Origin: a bacterium
GTDB lineage: Bacteria; Sysuimicrobiota; Sysuimicrobiia; Sysuimicrobiales; Kaftiobacteriaceae
NCBI GenBank assembly: GCA_044868695.1
Contig: JBIOWP010000029.1
Location: 1 to 37,058 of the forward strand
Length of the DNA stretch: 37,058 nucleotides
Direction of reading: 5' to 3'
The notes below the pieces were generated by a model, which was not told the DNA's origin, ran no database searches, and saw only the letters and a program-made list of their open reading frames with translations. Each line of letters begins with the position of its first letter. Position 1 is the first letter of the stretch. Below are positions 8,826 to 17,247 of the stretch, piece by piece. The translations under genes were made by a program, and so were the position numbers.

Positions 8826-9645
8826 CGGTCTGGAGGTCCCGGCGGCCGGCGCGCTCGCCGCCCTGCTCGTCGGGATCGCGCCGGTTCCGGCTGCGCTGGC
8901 CCAGGAACCGCAGATCCCGCTGGAGGTCAGCGGGGCGACCCGCGTCGAGTTCGACGATGCCGCCGGTGTCTGGCGGATGGAGGGCGATCCGGTCGTGCTG
9001 GTGCGGGCGGGGGCCACCGTCCGCGCTCCGGTGGTGCGATTCGATATCCGCACGCAGATCGTGGCCGTGTCCGGCGGCGTGTCGTTTGCCGACCGGGAAG
9101 TGACGCTGTCGGCCGCCTCGATGACGGTCTGGCTGCGCGAAGCGCGGGCGCTGGCGGAAGGCGGCGTGACCGCGACGGTCCAGCAGGACGGCGAGCCCGC
9201 ACGCCTCAGGGCCATGCGGCTCGCGGTGTTCCGAACCGACGGACGCGCGGTGGCATCCGGCGGTGCGGTCGTCTCGCGCGGGGATACGGTGCTGGCGGGC
9301 GAGGTGATCGAATACGAGCACCGCGCGGGACGGGCCACCGCGCGGCAATCCGCGCGTGCGCAGGCGTCGGAGGTGACGCTGCTGGCCGATGAGATCGACG
9401 CGCACTTCCGCGACGAGGAAATCGCCGCGAGAGGAAACGTCCGCCTGGCGTATCGCGACATTGAGGGGCGAGCGGCCCACGCGGTCTTCCGCCGGCGCGA
9501 CGATCTTGCGGTGCTCTCCGGCGCCGCGGAGGTGCGCTTGGGCCGGCAGATCGTGACGGCGGATACGGTGCGGGTTGAACTCCAGGCCCGACGGGTCACC
9601 GCAGCGGGCACCGCCCACCTGGTCGCGTACCCGGCGGCGCCGTAA
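8800..9645 (+). CDS. lptA: LptA/OstA-like beta-jellyroll periplasmic protein, extended
   Basis: Signal peptide ending ALA-Q; repeated A(R/E)G(N/G)V jellyroll strands; lies between lptC and lptB. Start position uncertain. Confidence 0.7.
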   Translation: MWRSAFRSSGLEVPAAGALAALLVGIAPVPAALAQEPQIPLEVSGATRVEFDDAAGVWRMEGDPVVLVRAGATVRAPVVRFDIRTQIVAVSGGVSFADREVTLSAASMTVWLREARALAEGGVTATVQQDGEPARLRAMRLAVFRTDGRAVASGGAVVSRGDTVLAGEVIEYEHRAGRATARQSARAQASEVTLLADEIDAHFRDEEIAARGNVRLAYRDIEGRAAHAVFRRRDDLAVLSGAAEVRLGRQIVTADTVRVELQARRVTAAGTAHLVAYPAAP

Positions 9646-9649
9646 GGAG

Positions 9650-10366
9650 ATGCTTGCCGCCCAGGGGCTGGTGAAACGGTTCGGCGCCCGCACCGTTGTA
9701 AACGGCGTGACCCTGCGCGTGGATCGGGGTGAAACGGTTGGGCTGCTGGGCCCCAACGGCGCGGGCAAGACCACGACATTCTATATGATCGTGGGGCTGG
9801 TGCCGCCTGATGGGGGCGAAGTGCTGCTCGACGGGCAGTCGCTCACCGGCCTTCCCGTCCACTTGCGCGCGCGCCGCGGGATCGGATACCTGGCACAGGA
9901 TCCGTCTGTGTTCCGCGGGCTGACCGTCGAGGAGAACATCGTGATGGTCCTGGAGGCCAATGGCCGGCGCGCGACCGAGCGCCGCGAGATCCTGGAGCGG
10001 TTGCTGGCGGAGTTTGGCCTCATGACGGTGCGCCGGCAGCGGGGGACAACGCTGTCCGGCGGCGAGCGCCGGCGGGTGGAAATTGCCCGGGTCCTGGCGA
10101 TGGAGCCGGCGTACATGCTGCTGGACGAACCCTTTACCGGCGTCGATCCACGGTCGGTCGCCGAACTACAGGATGTGGTCCGGTATCTGAAGGGACGCGG
10201 GCTGGGGGTGGTCATCACCGACCACAATGTGCGCGATACGCTGGCCATCACGGACCGCGCCACCGTCATTCATGAAGGCCGCATTCTGCTGGAAGGCAAG
10301 CCTGACCAGCTCCTGATAGATCCAGAGGTGCGGCGCGTCTTTCTTGGAGAGCGCTTCGAGTTATGA
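9650..10366 (+). CDS. lptB: LPS export ABC transporter ATP-binding protein LptB
   Basis: GLLGPNGAGKTTTFYMIVGL, LSGGERRRVEIAR, LLDEPF and ITDHNVRDTL; SD AAGGAG before ATG 9650. Confidence 0.96.
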   Translation: MLAAQGLVKRFGARTVVNGVTLRVDRGETVGLLGPNGAGKTTTFYMIVGLVPPDGGEVLLDGQSLTGLPVHLRARRGIGYLAQDPSVFRGLTVEENIVMVLEANGRRATERREILERLLAEFGLMTVRRQRGTTLSGGERRRVEIARVLAMEPAYMLLDEPFTGVDPRSVAELQDVVRYLKGRGLGVVITDHNVRDTLAITDRATVIHEGRILLEGKPDQLLIDPEVRRVFLGERFEL

Positions 10367-11442
10367 GCATTCCCCTCCTCGACCGCTACCTGTGGCGGCA
10401 GCTGCGCGACCTCTTCGCGTTCGGGGTCGCCATCTTTGCCACCCTGCTCTTGGTCAATCACCTCTTCCTGTTGTCCCGGCTGGTGCTGCAGCAGGGAATT
10501 GCGCTCGGCGTGGCCCTGCAGCTGCTCATGTACCGGCTCCCGTATTTCGTCGGGTTCAGCTTCCCGATGGCGATGCTGCTGGCGGCGCTGCTGGCGGTCG
10601 GCCGCCTCTCGGACGGACAGGAGATTACCGCGATGCGAACGAGCGGGATCAGCATGGCCCGGATCGCGGTCTCGGTCATGGCGGCTGGCACGCTGGTCAG
10701 CGTGGCGACGCTGGTCATCAATGAAGGGATTGTGCCCCGCGCGGAGGAGCGCTACCGCCGCGCGTTCGCGGCCGCATTTCGAACGCAGGCCGGGAACGAG
10801 CAGCGCAACGTGTTGTTCCGCGAGTCGCAGGAGGGCGTGGAATCAGTGTACTTCGTGCGGCGGTTCTTCCAGGACCAGCAGCGCATGGAGGGCGTCGTCG
10901 TCAACCAGATCGAGCGCGGGGTGCTGCGCCGCGTCATCGAAGCGGCCGACGCCAGGTACGTGGACCGTGCTTGGGTGTTCCGGAGGGGCACCATGTACGC
11001 GTTTGCGGGAGAGACGACGGTCATCACGCAGTTCGACCAGCTGCGGGTGGGCCTGCAGCGGACACCCGCGGAGATCGCCCTGCCGCAGCGGGACCCGTCG
11101 GAGATGAGCGTCGGGGAGCTGCGCGCGTACATCGGCGTTCTGCGCCGCGGGGGCGAGCGTGTGGCGCGCTATGTCGTGCAGCTCCATTTCAAGCTCGCGG
11201 TGCCTCTCTCGGCGGCGTTGTTCGCCCTCCTGGCCGTGCCGGTGGGGCTCCGGCCGCACCGGTCCGGCACGTCGATCGGGCTCGGGCTCACCATCATCGT
11301 GTTAATCGGGTACTATATCATCAGCGCCATTGCGCTGCCGCTGGGTGAAAACGGCCGTCTGCACCCGATCCCGGCGGCTTGGGCGCCCAACGTCGTACTG
11401 GCGGCCACCGGGCTGGCGCTGCTGCGGCGGGCGGACCGGTGA
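10363..11442 (+). CDS. LptF/LptG family permease (single copy)
   Basis: LLDRYL start, 'LSDGQEITAMRTSGIS', a 3+3 TM layout around a periplasmic domain, and AAWAPN. Confidence 0.9.
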   Translation: MSIPLLDRYLWRQLRDLFAFGVAIFATLLLVNHLFLLSRLVLQQGIALGVALQLLMYRLPYFVGFSFPMAMLLAALLAVGRLSDGQEITAMRTSGISMARIAVSVMAAGTLVSVATLVINEGIVPRAEERYRRAFAAAFRTQAGNEQRNVLFRESQEGVESVYFVRRFFQDQQRMEGVVVNQIERGVLRRVIEAADARYVDRAWVFRRGTMYAFAGETTVITQFDQLRVGLQRTPAEIALPQRDPSEMSVGELRAYIGVLRRGGERVARYVVQLHFKLAVPLSAALFALLAVPVGLRPHRSGTSIGLGLTIIVLIGYYIISAIALPLGENGRLHPIPAAWAPNVVLAATGLALLRRADR

Positions 11443-12161
11443 CGGCAGGGCGCGCCGGACCGGCTCCAGAGTTGTCCATCATCGTGCCGACGTACAATGA
11501 ACGGATGTCGCTGCCGGTCCTCGTGTCCAGACTCACGGACGTCGCGGGGGAGCTGGGCATGGAGGTGGTCGTCGTTGACGACGCCTCCCCCGACGGCACC
11601 GGCGCCCTGGCCGAGCACCTGGCGAAATCGTCGGCCGTCCCCATGACCGTGGTGCACCGGCAGTCCAAGGCCGGCTTGGCCTCGGCGGTGATCGCGGGGG
11701 CGGCCGCGGCGCGGGGCCGCGTGATCACGGTGATGGACGCGGATCTCTCGCATCCCCCAGAACTGCTGCCCGCGCTGGTGCAGGCGATCCGGGCCGGCGC
11801 CGATGTCGCCGTGGCGTCCCGATACGTGCCCGGTGGAGGCGTCGCATCCTGGCCGCTCGTCCGCCGTCTGGTGAGCCGCGCGGCGACGCGTGCGGCGCGT
11901 GCCGGACTGGGCGTGCGCGTGCGCGATCCGCTCTCCGGATACTTTGCCGTCCGACGCGAACTCCTCACCGGCGGCGGGTATGTGGGGCTGGGCTACAAGC
12001 TGCTGGTCGAAATCCTCGTGCGGCACCGAGGGCGCCCGGTGGTAGAGATTCCTTACCGGTTTGTGGACCGCCGGCACGGCCGCAGCAAGCTCGACGCCCG
12101 TGAGATCTGGGCGTTTTTGAGGTTGCTCGTGGCTCTGAAAGTTGGAAAGAGCAAACTGTGA
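11439..12161 (+). CDS. GT2 polyprenol-phosphate glycosyltransferase (Ppm1/DPM1-like)
   Basis: SIIVPTYNE, VVDDASPDGT, MDADLSHPPE, ASRYVPGG, DPLSGYF and EIPYRFVDRRHGRSKL; GTGA overlap with lptF/G. Confidence 0.88.
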   Translation: MTAGRAGPAPELSIIVPTYNERMSLPVLVSRLTDVAGELGMEVVVVDDASPDGTGALAEHLAKSSAVPMTVVHRQSKAGLASAVIAGAAAARGRVITVMDADLSHPPELLPALVQAIRAGADVAVASRYVPGGGVASWPLVRRLVSRAATRAARAGLGVRVRDPLSGYFAVRRELLTGGGYVGLGYKLLVEILVRHRGRPVVEIPYRFVDRRHGRSKLDAREIWAFLRLLVALKVGKSKL

Positions 12162-12214
12162 TCCCGCCCAGGATCACGGAGGGTAAGTCTACGCTTCTCC
12201 AACAGTTCTAGGCG

Positions 12215-13141
12215 ATGGAACTCGGAGTCCTGCTCATCCCAGTCCTGATCGCGTTGAGCGGTGGGATTGCGCTCGTCGGGAACGCGGTAGGCCGCGGCAT
12301 CGGCCGGCGGCGGCTGTCCTTGTTCGGATTGCGCCCCCGGCATACGGCGCAGGTGATCACCGTCGCCACCGGGATGCTCATCACGATCACCACGCTGGTC
12401 GTCGTCCTGCTACTGTCGGCCGAGGCGCGCGTCGCTCTGTTCCGGTTGAACGAAGTGCTGCGGGAGACGAAGCGGCTTGAGGCGGAGATCCGCAGGCAGG
12501 AAGACCGGTTGAAGCAGCTGGCGCTGGGCGACATCGCGTACCTCAACAATCAGGAAGTGGTGCGGGACGTCATTGACGGCCGGCAGGCGTCCGGCGCCGT
12601 CAGCCAGCGGGTGCGGGCGGCGGTGGAACGCGCCGGTGAGATTGCCCGCGAGAACGGGATCGGGGCCGATACCCGCGGCGATCTGGTCGTGCTGTCTCCC
12701 CCGCGGGCGACGTGGGACGACATCGCGCACCTCATCGACCTGCGGGATACCGACACCGTGCTGCGGCTGGTCGCAAACCAGAACACGCTGAAGGGCGAGC
12801 CGCTCATGGTGTTTGTCCAGCTGTTTGACGACCGTCTGGTGTACCCGGCCGGCACCGTACTGGTCGAAGGCATTGTTGACGGCCGGCAGTCCCGCGAGGT
12901 CATCGGGCGCGAGTTGCTGCGCCTGGCCGATCAGTCGGCCCGGCTCGCCCGAGGACAGGTGCTGCCCGCGGCCTTCACGCTGGTGACCGCGGCGCCCTCG
13001 GCCCAGGTCGACATCGACGACCACCGCGCCGCGATCTCGCGGGTCCAGCGCGCGGGGCGTCAGGTGCTCGTGCAGGTCGTGGCCACTCGTGACATTCACA
13101 CCGTTGGACCACTGACGGTGTCGTTCCGCGTCCCCCGTTGA
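12215..13141 (+). CDS. DUF3084-like membrane protein
   Basis: N-terminal GGIALVGNAVGRGIGRRRLSLFGLRPRHTAQVITVATG matches the DUF3084 pattern as recalled; two TM helices then a coiled coil. Confidence 0.75.
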   Translation: MELGVLLIPVLIALSGGIALVGNAVGRGIGRRRLSLFGLRPRHTAQVITVATGMLITITTLVVVLLLSAEARVALFRLNEVLRETKRLEAEIRRQEDRLKQLALGDIAYLNNQEVVRDVIDGRQASGAVSQRVRAAVERAGEIARENGIGADTRGDLVVLSPPRATWDDIAHLIDLRDTDTVLRLVANQNTLKGEPLMVFVQLFDDRLVYPAGTVLVEGIVDGRQSREVIGRELLRLADQSARLARGQVLPAAFTLVTAAPSAQVDIDDHRAAISRVQRAGRQVLVQVVATRDIHTVGPLTVSFRVPR

Positions 13142-13184
13142 AGACGTTAAAACGTTGGATCGTTGGAATGTTGGAACGTCCAGG
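13136..13184. repeat. Octamer tandem repeat (CGTTGGAA-type)
   Basis: CGTTGAAGA CGTTAAAA CGTTGGAT CGTTGGAA TGTTGGAA CGTCCAGG, overlapping the DUF3084 stop codon. Confidence 0.8.
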
Positions 13185-13227
13185 CTTACGTGCGGAGGGG
13201 AAACCGGCTTGTTCGTGGAATATCGCG

Positions 13228-13405
13228 CTCCAAGTGGTGCGGGTGTAGGGAAGCCCGGTGCAATTCCGGCGCGGTCGCGCCGCTGTAACCGGTGAGCCCC
13301 TCTCCAACGATCGCCACTGAGCGGACCCGACCTGCCAGACGGCGGGCCGCTTGGGAAGGCCGGAGGGGAGCGATGAGCCGGAAGCCAGAAGACCTTCCCG
13401 TGCCA
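13228..13405 (+). ncRNA. Cobalamin (AdoCbl) riboswitch
   Basis: AGGGAAGCCCGGTGCAATTCCGG, CGCCGCTGTAA, GCCACTG, GGGAAGG and the B12-box AAGCCAGAAGACCT in canonical order, upstream of a TonB-dependent receptor. Boundaries approximate. Confidence 0.95.
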
Positions 13406-13445
13406 TAGACGCCACACGCCTTCGCGGCACAAGGAGGTGGGCGAT

Positions 13446-15293
13446 ATGGTGCATCATCCTCCCCGGCGCCATTGTGGCTGCTGGGGATTTTTGATGGGTT
13501 TCGTCGCGGCGGCAACTCTGGCAGGTGTCCGAGGCCCCGCGGCGTTCGGGCAGGTCCCGGAGCCTCCGCCCCCTGAGCCTCCGACGTTCGAGCTTCCCGA
13601 AGTCGTCGTCCCTGGAAAGCGCCCTCAGCCGATCGCCTCGACCCCGGCGGCGATTTCCGTCCTGACTAGAGAAGACTTGGACCTCCTGGGCGTCGCCACC
13701 GTCGGGGAGGCGTTGCAGTTCCTCGCGGAGGTCCACATGCGCCTTCAGGGCGGTTTGGGCGCGCTCACCCTCCCCGGCATCAGGGGCAGCAGCCCCAATC
13801 AGGTGCTCGTGCTGATCGACGGCGTCCCCGTCAACAGCGCGATCCAGGGCCTATTCGACCTCAGCACCGTGAGCACGGCCCACGTCCAGCGGGTGGAGGT
13901 CCTGCGCGGTCCGTTTTCTGCGATCTACGGAGGACCTGCGCTCGGCGGCGTGATCAACGTCGTCACGATGGATCAGCCCGCCACGTCGGTGCAGGCGCGC
14001 AGCGGGGGCCTGTCCACGACTGCGGCCTCCGGCCAGTGGACGTCACTCGACGGGCGGGTGAGGCTGGCGGCCGACCGGTTCGCATCGGAGGGAAGCCGGT
14101 CCAACAGCGATGTCGGGTCGACCACGGTCCTGGGCACGGCCGCGTGGGAGACGGCTGCCGGTGACCCGGTGGTGGTGAGAGTCAATCACTTCCAGAGCTC
14201 GCTCGGCACACCGGGTTCCACCGCTTTTCCCTCACCGCAGGCCCGGCAGACAGAGACACGGACGGTCCTATCGTCGGACTGGACCCGATCACGGGGAGAC
14301 GGAGAGTGGGCCGTTCGCGCGTACTGGTGGGGGGATGATTTCCGGTTCGTCGATCCCGCATCCTCTGTGGACAGTCGTGTGGCCACCCAGGTCTTCGGCG
14401 CGACCATCCAGCGGGTCGTGCACCTCGCGCCAGGCCGTACCCAGGTCTTCGGGGCCGAGCTTCAGAGCCAGGCGCTCGTGGACAACGGGCCGGTCGGCAG
14501 CCGGCAGGCCGCCATCGGTGGTCTCTATCTCCAGGACGAGCGACAGCTCACGCCTCGCACCGTGCTGTCGACTGGACTTCGGTACGACCTGCACTCGGTG
14601 TATGGAGGCCAGCTGAATCCCCGCGTGGGGATCGTGCATGTCATCCGGGAGGGGGTGACGCTGCGCGCGGGCATCGGCCGCACGTTTCGCGGGCCGACGC
14701 TGAGTGAACTGTACTTTGCTCCGTTCGACAACCCGGCTCTCCGGCCCGAGTCCGCCTGGTCGGCGGATGCCGGACTCGCGTGGCAGGCGACATCCGGAGT
14801 CGAGGTGCGGGTCGGTGTGTTCGGGACGTCGGCGGCGGATCTGATCCGTCCGGACGTGTCGTTCATCCCCCAGAACATTGGCCGCGCGACGATGGCCGGC
14901 GGCTCTCTGGAGATCACCGGGCAGTTCTCGCCGCTCCTTCGCGGCGCGGTCAACGTGACGGCGACGCGGGCGGTTGATGACAGCACGGGAGATCAACTGC
15001 TGCGCGTCCCCTGGGTCACGGCGTCGGCCGCCCTGCACCTCAAGGTTGCCGGAGGCACGATGAGCGCCCTGGCGAGCTACGTGGGCAGTCGGCCCGACGT
15101 GGACCCGGCAGCGTTCACCCGAGTCGTCCTGGGCGGCTACGTCGTCACCGGCTTGCGATTCGCTTCGCTTGCAGGGGACGGGGCGGAATGGCAGGTCGGC
15201 GTGGACAACGTCGCGGATCTTCAGTATGAACCGATTGCGGGGTATCCGGCTCCGGGCAGGACGGCGTTCGTCGCCTACACGAGGAGGTTTTAG
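13446..15293 (+). CDS. btuB: TonB-dependent receptor, BtuB-like (cobalamin uptake)
   Basis: SD AAGGAGG; TonB-box-like EVVV; plug motifs IRGSSPNQVLVLIDGVPVN and VEVLRGPFSAIYG; FRGPTLSELY; C-terminal Phe. Substrate inferred from the riboswitch. Confidence 0.85.
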   Translation: MVHHPPRRHCGCWGFLMGFVAAATLAGVRGPAAFGQVPEPPPPEPPTFELPEVVVPGKRPQPIASTPAAISVLTREDLDLLGVATVGEALQFLAEVHMRLQGGLGALTLPGIRGSSPNQVLVLIDGVPVNSAIQGLFDLSTVSTAHVQRVEVLRGPFSAIYGGPALGGVINVVTMDQPATSVQARSGGLSTTAASGQWTSLDGRVRLAADRFASEGSRSNSDVGSTTVLGTAAWETAAGDPVVVRVNHFQSSLGTPGSTAFPSPQARQTETRTVLSSDWTRSRGDGEWAVRAYWWGDDFRFVDPASSVDSRVATQVFGATIQRVVHLAPGRTQVFGAELQSQALVDNGPVGSRQAAIGGLYLQDERQLTPRTVLSTGLRYDLHSVYGGQLNPRVGIVHVIREGVTLRAGIGRTFRGPTLSELYFAPFDNPALRPESAWSADAGLAWQATSGVEVRVGVFGTSAADLIRPDVSFIPQNIGRATMAGGSLEITGQFSPLLRGAVNVTATRAVDDSTGDQLLRVPWVTASAALHLKVAGGTMSALASYVGSRPDVDPAAFTRVVLGGYVVTGLRFASLAGDGAEWQVGVDNVADLQYEPIAGYPAPGRTAFVAYTRRF

Positions 15294-15295
15294 CT

Positions 15296-16039
15296 GTGCG
15301 CACGGGCGCGGCGGTCCTCTATGGTATCGGTGCCGGTCTCGTAATCGCCGCATGGCTGGCGTCCCCGGAGCTGCGGGTGGTCCGGCCCCATCCACCTGCG
15401 CCCACCGCCGAAGAAGAGGCCGGCCCGACCTCCGGCGGGCCGGGGGCAGCGGTCGAGCCTGCTCCGGCCCCGCGGAAACCCGCCGCGACAGGACCGCGGG
15501 CCGGCGCAGACGTCAAGGTTTCCACTCCTCGTGCACCGGATCCGGTGAAGCAGGACGCCGCGCACGCAGTTCCGTCCCCGGGTCAGCTTGCGGCGGAGAA
15601 TCGTTCCACGCCGCGACACAGAGAGCCGCCCGACGGGGGTTCGGGAGCAGTCGAACACGGCGCGGCCGGCGAGCAGGCGACTGCGCCGGGTGGGGAGGCG
15701 CGGTCCGATTCGGACCACACTCCGGTGCTGGCGCCTCCCGTGTTGGTGAGCCGCGGATCGTCGGGATATCCGTCCGAGGGGTATCGCATCGTCCTCGACC
15801 GTAACGCGCTGACCCCGCGGCTCCGGGTCGAAGCCGCCCAGGGTCTGGTCGTCTTGCGGGTCCTCGTACGCCGGGATGGCTCCGTCGCTCAGGCAGAGGT
15901 GATGCGGTCGTCGGGCGTTCCGGCGCTCGACGCGGCCGCCCTGCGCAGCGCGGCCACCTGGAATTTCACGCCAGCTACTCGGGACGGCACGCCGATCGAG
16001 GCCTGGGTGCTGATCCCTGTCCGATTTGTCGTACCGTGA
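15296..16039 (+). CDS. tonB: Energy transducer TonB
   Basis: N-terminal TM, Pro/Ala-rich linker and TonB_C domain (YP...QGLVVLRVLVRRDGSV...SSGVPALDAAAL...WNFTPA...PVRF). Confidence 0.88.
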   Translation: MRTGAAVLYGIGAGLVIAAWLASPELRVVRPHPPAPTAEEEAGPTSGGPGAAVEPAPAPRKPAATGPRAGADVKVSTPRAPDPVKQDAAHAVPSPGQLAAENRSTPRHREPPDGGSGAVEHGAAGEQATAPGGEARSDSDHTPVLAPPVLVSRGSSGYPSEGYRIVLDRNALTPRLRVEAAQGLVVLRVLVRRDGSVAQAEVMRSSGVPALDAAALRSAATWNFTPATRDGTPIEAWVLIPVRFVVP

Positions 16040-16073
16040 AGGGGAGAAGGAAGAGGGAAGAGGGAAGAAGGGA
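16040..16073. repeat. Left (purine) heptamer arm flanking the four-helix-bundle gene
   Basis: AGGGGAGAAGGAAGAGGGAAGAGGGAAGAAGGGA begins immediately after the tonB stop. Confidence 0.9.
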
Positions 16074-16099
16074 CAGCGGGAGGGCAGGCGGGTGGATGT

Positions 16100-16468
16100 T
16101 TGGAAGCCTTGGGATACAAGAGACTGGCTATTTGGCAAAGAGCCCATGCACTTCTCAGGGCGGTATTGAAGGCTTCCCAGAAATTTCCGCGGTCGGAAGA
16201 GGCAAGGATAGTCAGAACCCAACTGCTCAGGGCGGCAATGTCTGTCCCAGCAAATATCGTGGAAGGCTATGGGGGACAACGAGGGAAGTCGTTCACGCGA
16301 TATCTAAACCTTTCGAGAGGTTCCGCATGGGAAGCAGACTATTGGATCCTCCTCGCTGAGGAACTTAAGGCGATTGACCGGGCCACCTATGAGGAAGTGC
16401 ACGGGCTGTGCCATGAAGTCATCGCAATGCTGACTTCCGCGATCGAAAAGGCAAGGACGATAGAGTAG
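16100..16468 (+). CDS. Four-helix-bundle protein (23S rRNA IVP / bAvd-like family)
   Basis: 122 aa with YKRLAIWQRA, FPRSEE, QLLRAAMSVPANIVEG, FTRYLNLSRGSAWE and EVIAML. More AT-rich, with AGA/ATA/GAA codons unlike its neighbours; TTG start. Confidence 0.9.
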   Translation: MEALGYKRLAIWQRAHALLRAVLKASQKFPRSEEARIVRTQLLRAAMSVPANIVEGYGGQRGKSFTRYLNLSRGSAWEADYWILLAEELKAIDRATYEEVHGLCHEVIAMLTSAIEKARTIE

Positions 16469-16956
16469 TGGACTTTCTCTCTTACTTCTTCCCTTTCCCC
16501 CTTTTCCTTCTTCCCTTTTCCCTCTTCCCTCTTCCCTGTCTCGTTATCATGGCCATCGATCCCGGTCGTGCCAAGAGCGGAGTGGTGGTCGCCGACGCGG
16601 CGGGAGGCGTTCTTACGATCCTGGAGCGCGGCGTGGTCCCCACCGCGGGCCTGGCCCCGCTCCTGCGGGAGTGGGGCAGCCGGCATGCGGTGACGCAGGT
16701 GGTCGTAGGGGACCGGACCGGAGGCGACGCCCTCCGCCGGATCCTTGTGGATGCACTGCCCGGCGTTCCCGTTGAAGCCGTCGGAGAGGCCCACACGACG
16801 TTGCTGGCCAGGCGCCGGTATTTCGCCGACCATCCACCCCGCGGATGGCGGCGTCTGCTCCCGCGCTCAATGCAGCTTCCCCCGGAGCCGTACGACGACT
16901 ACGCCGCGGTGGTGATTCTGGAGCGGTTCCTTGAGGGGAAGAGGCGACCTATATAA
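16468..16956 (+). CDS. YqgF/RuvX-like RNase H-fold nuclease; start either GTG 16468 (repeat-encoded tail) or ATG 16549
   Basis: IMAIDPGRAKSG, VVGDRTG, E-x-x-TTLLARRRYF and PPEPYDDYAAVVILERFL. Confidence 0.8.
   Translation: MDFLSYFFPFPLFLLPFSLFPLPCLVIMAIDPGRAKSGVVVADAAGGVLTILERGVVPTAGLAPLLREWGSRHAVTQVVVGDRTGGDALRRILVDALPGVPVEAVGEAHTTLLARRRYFADHPPRGWRRLLPRSMQLPPEPYDDYAAVVILERFLEGKRRPI
16473..16537. repeat. Right (pyrimidine) heptamer arm flanking the four-helix-bundle gene
   Basis: Near-pure C/T tract ending TTCCTTCTTCCCTTTTCCCTCTTCCCTCTTCCCT. 16504-16537 is 30/34 complementary to 16040-16073, and three of the four differences would be G-U pairs. Confidence 0.9.
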
Positions 16957-17060
16957 AACTTTGTATCTTTTCCGCAATCCCATGCCCCAGGGCAGGATTT
17001 CCCGGAATGGCGGAGTATTGCTCCTTGGACTAGTTGGACTGGCAAGGTATTCAAGTGTCC

Positions 17061-17203
17061 TGCCGTTCCACAGGGCGGCATTCGCGCGGAGGAAGGGAGG
17101 TGCAACCCCTCGGTCCGCCGGTGCCTGGACGGTAGGCTTCAGTGAGCCCACGGCCACCGTCGCAGCAAAGAGGAAACTCGCACACTCGTTTGTCTGTGCG
17201 CTG
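17061..17203 (+). other. Putative structured 5' leader of the SLH-porin gene
   Basis: Several hairpins and a GAAA-tetraloop stem within a 291-bp intergenic region (see findings). Confidence 0.4.
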
Positions 17204-17247
17204 GCCGCTGGCTCGAAGACCCAAAAATCCAAGGGGGTAACGAGCAG

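Noticed and set aside
16036..16359. 107-aa ORF overlapping the four-helix-bundle gene
   Set aside because: It begins with translated repeat (KGRRKREEGRR) and has no family signal; the other frame carries the IVP motifs.
16100..16468. A complete diversity-generating retroelement or a 23S rRNA intervening sequence
   Set aside because: There is no reverse transcriptase, TR/VR pair or rRNA sequence in the window.
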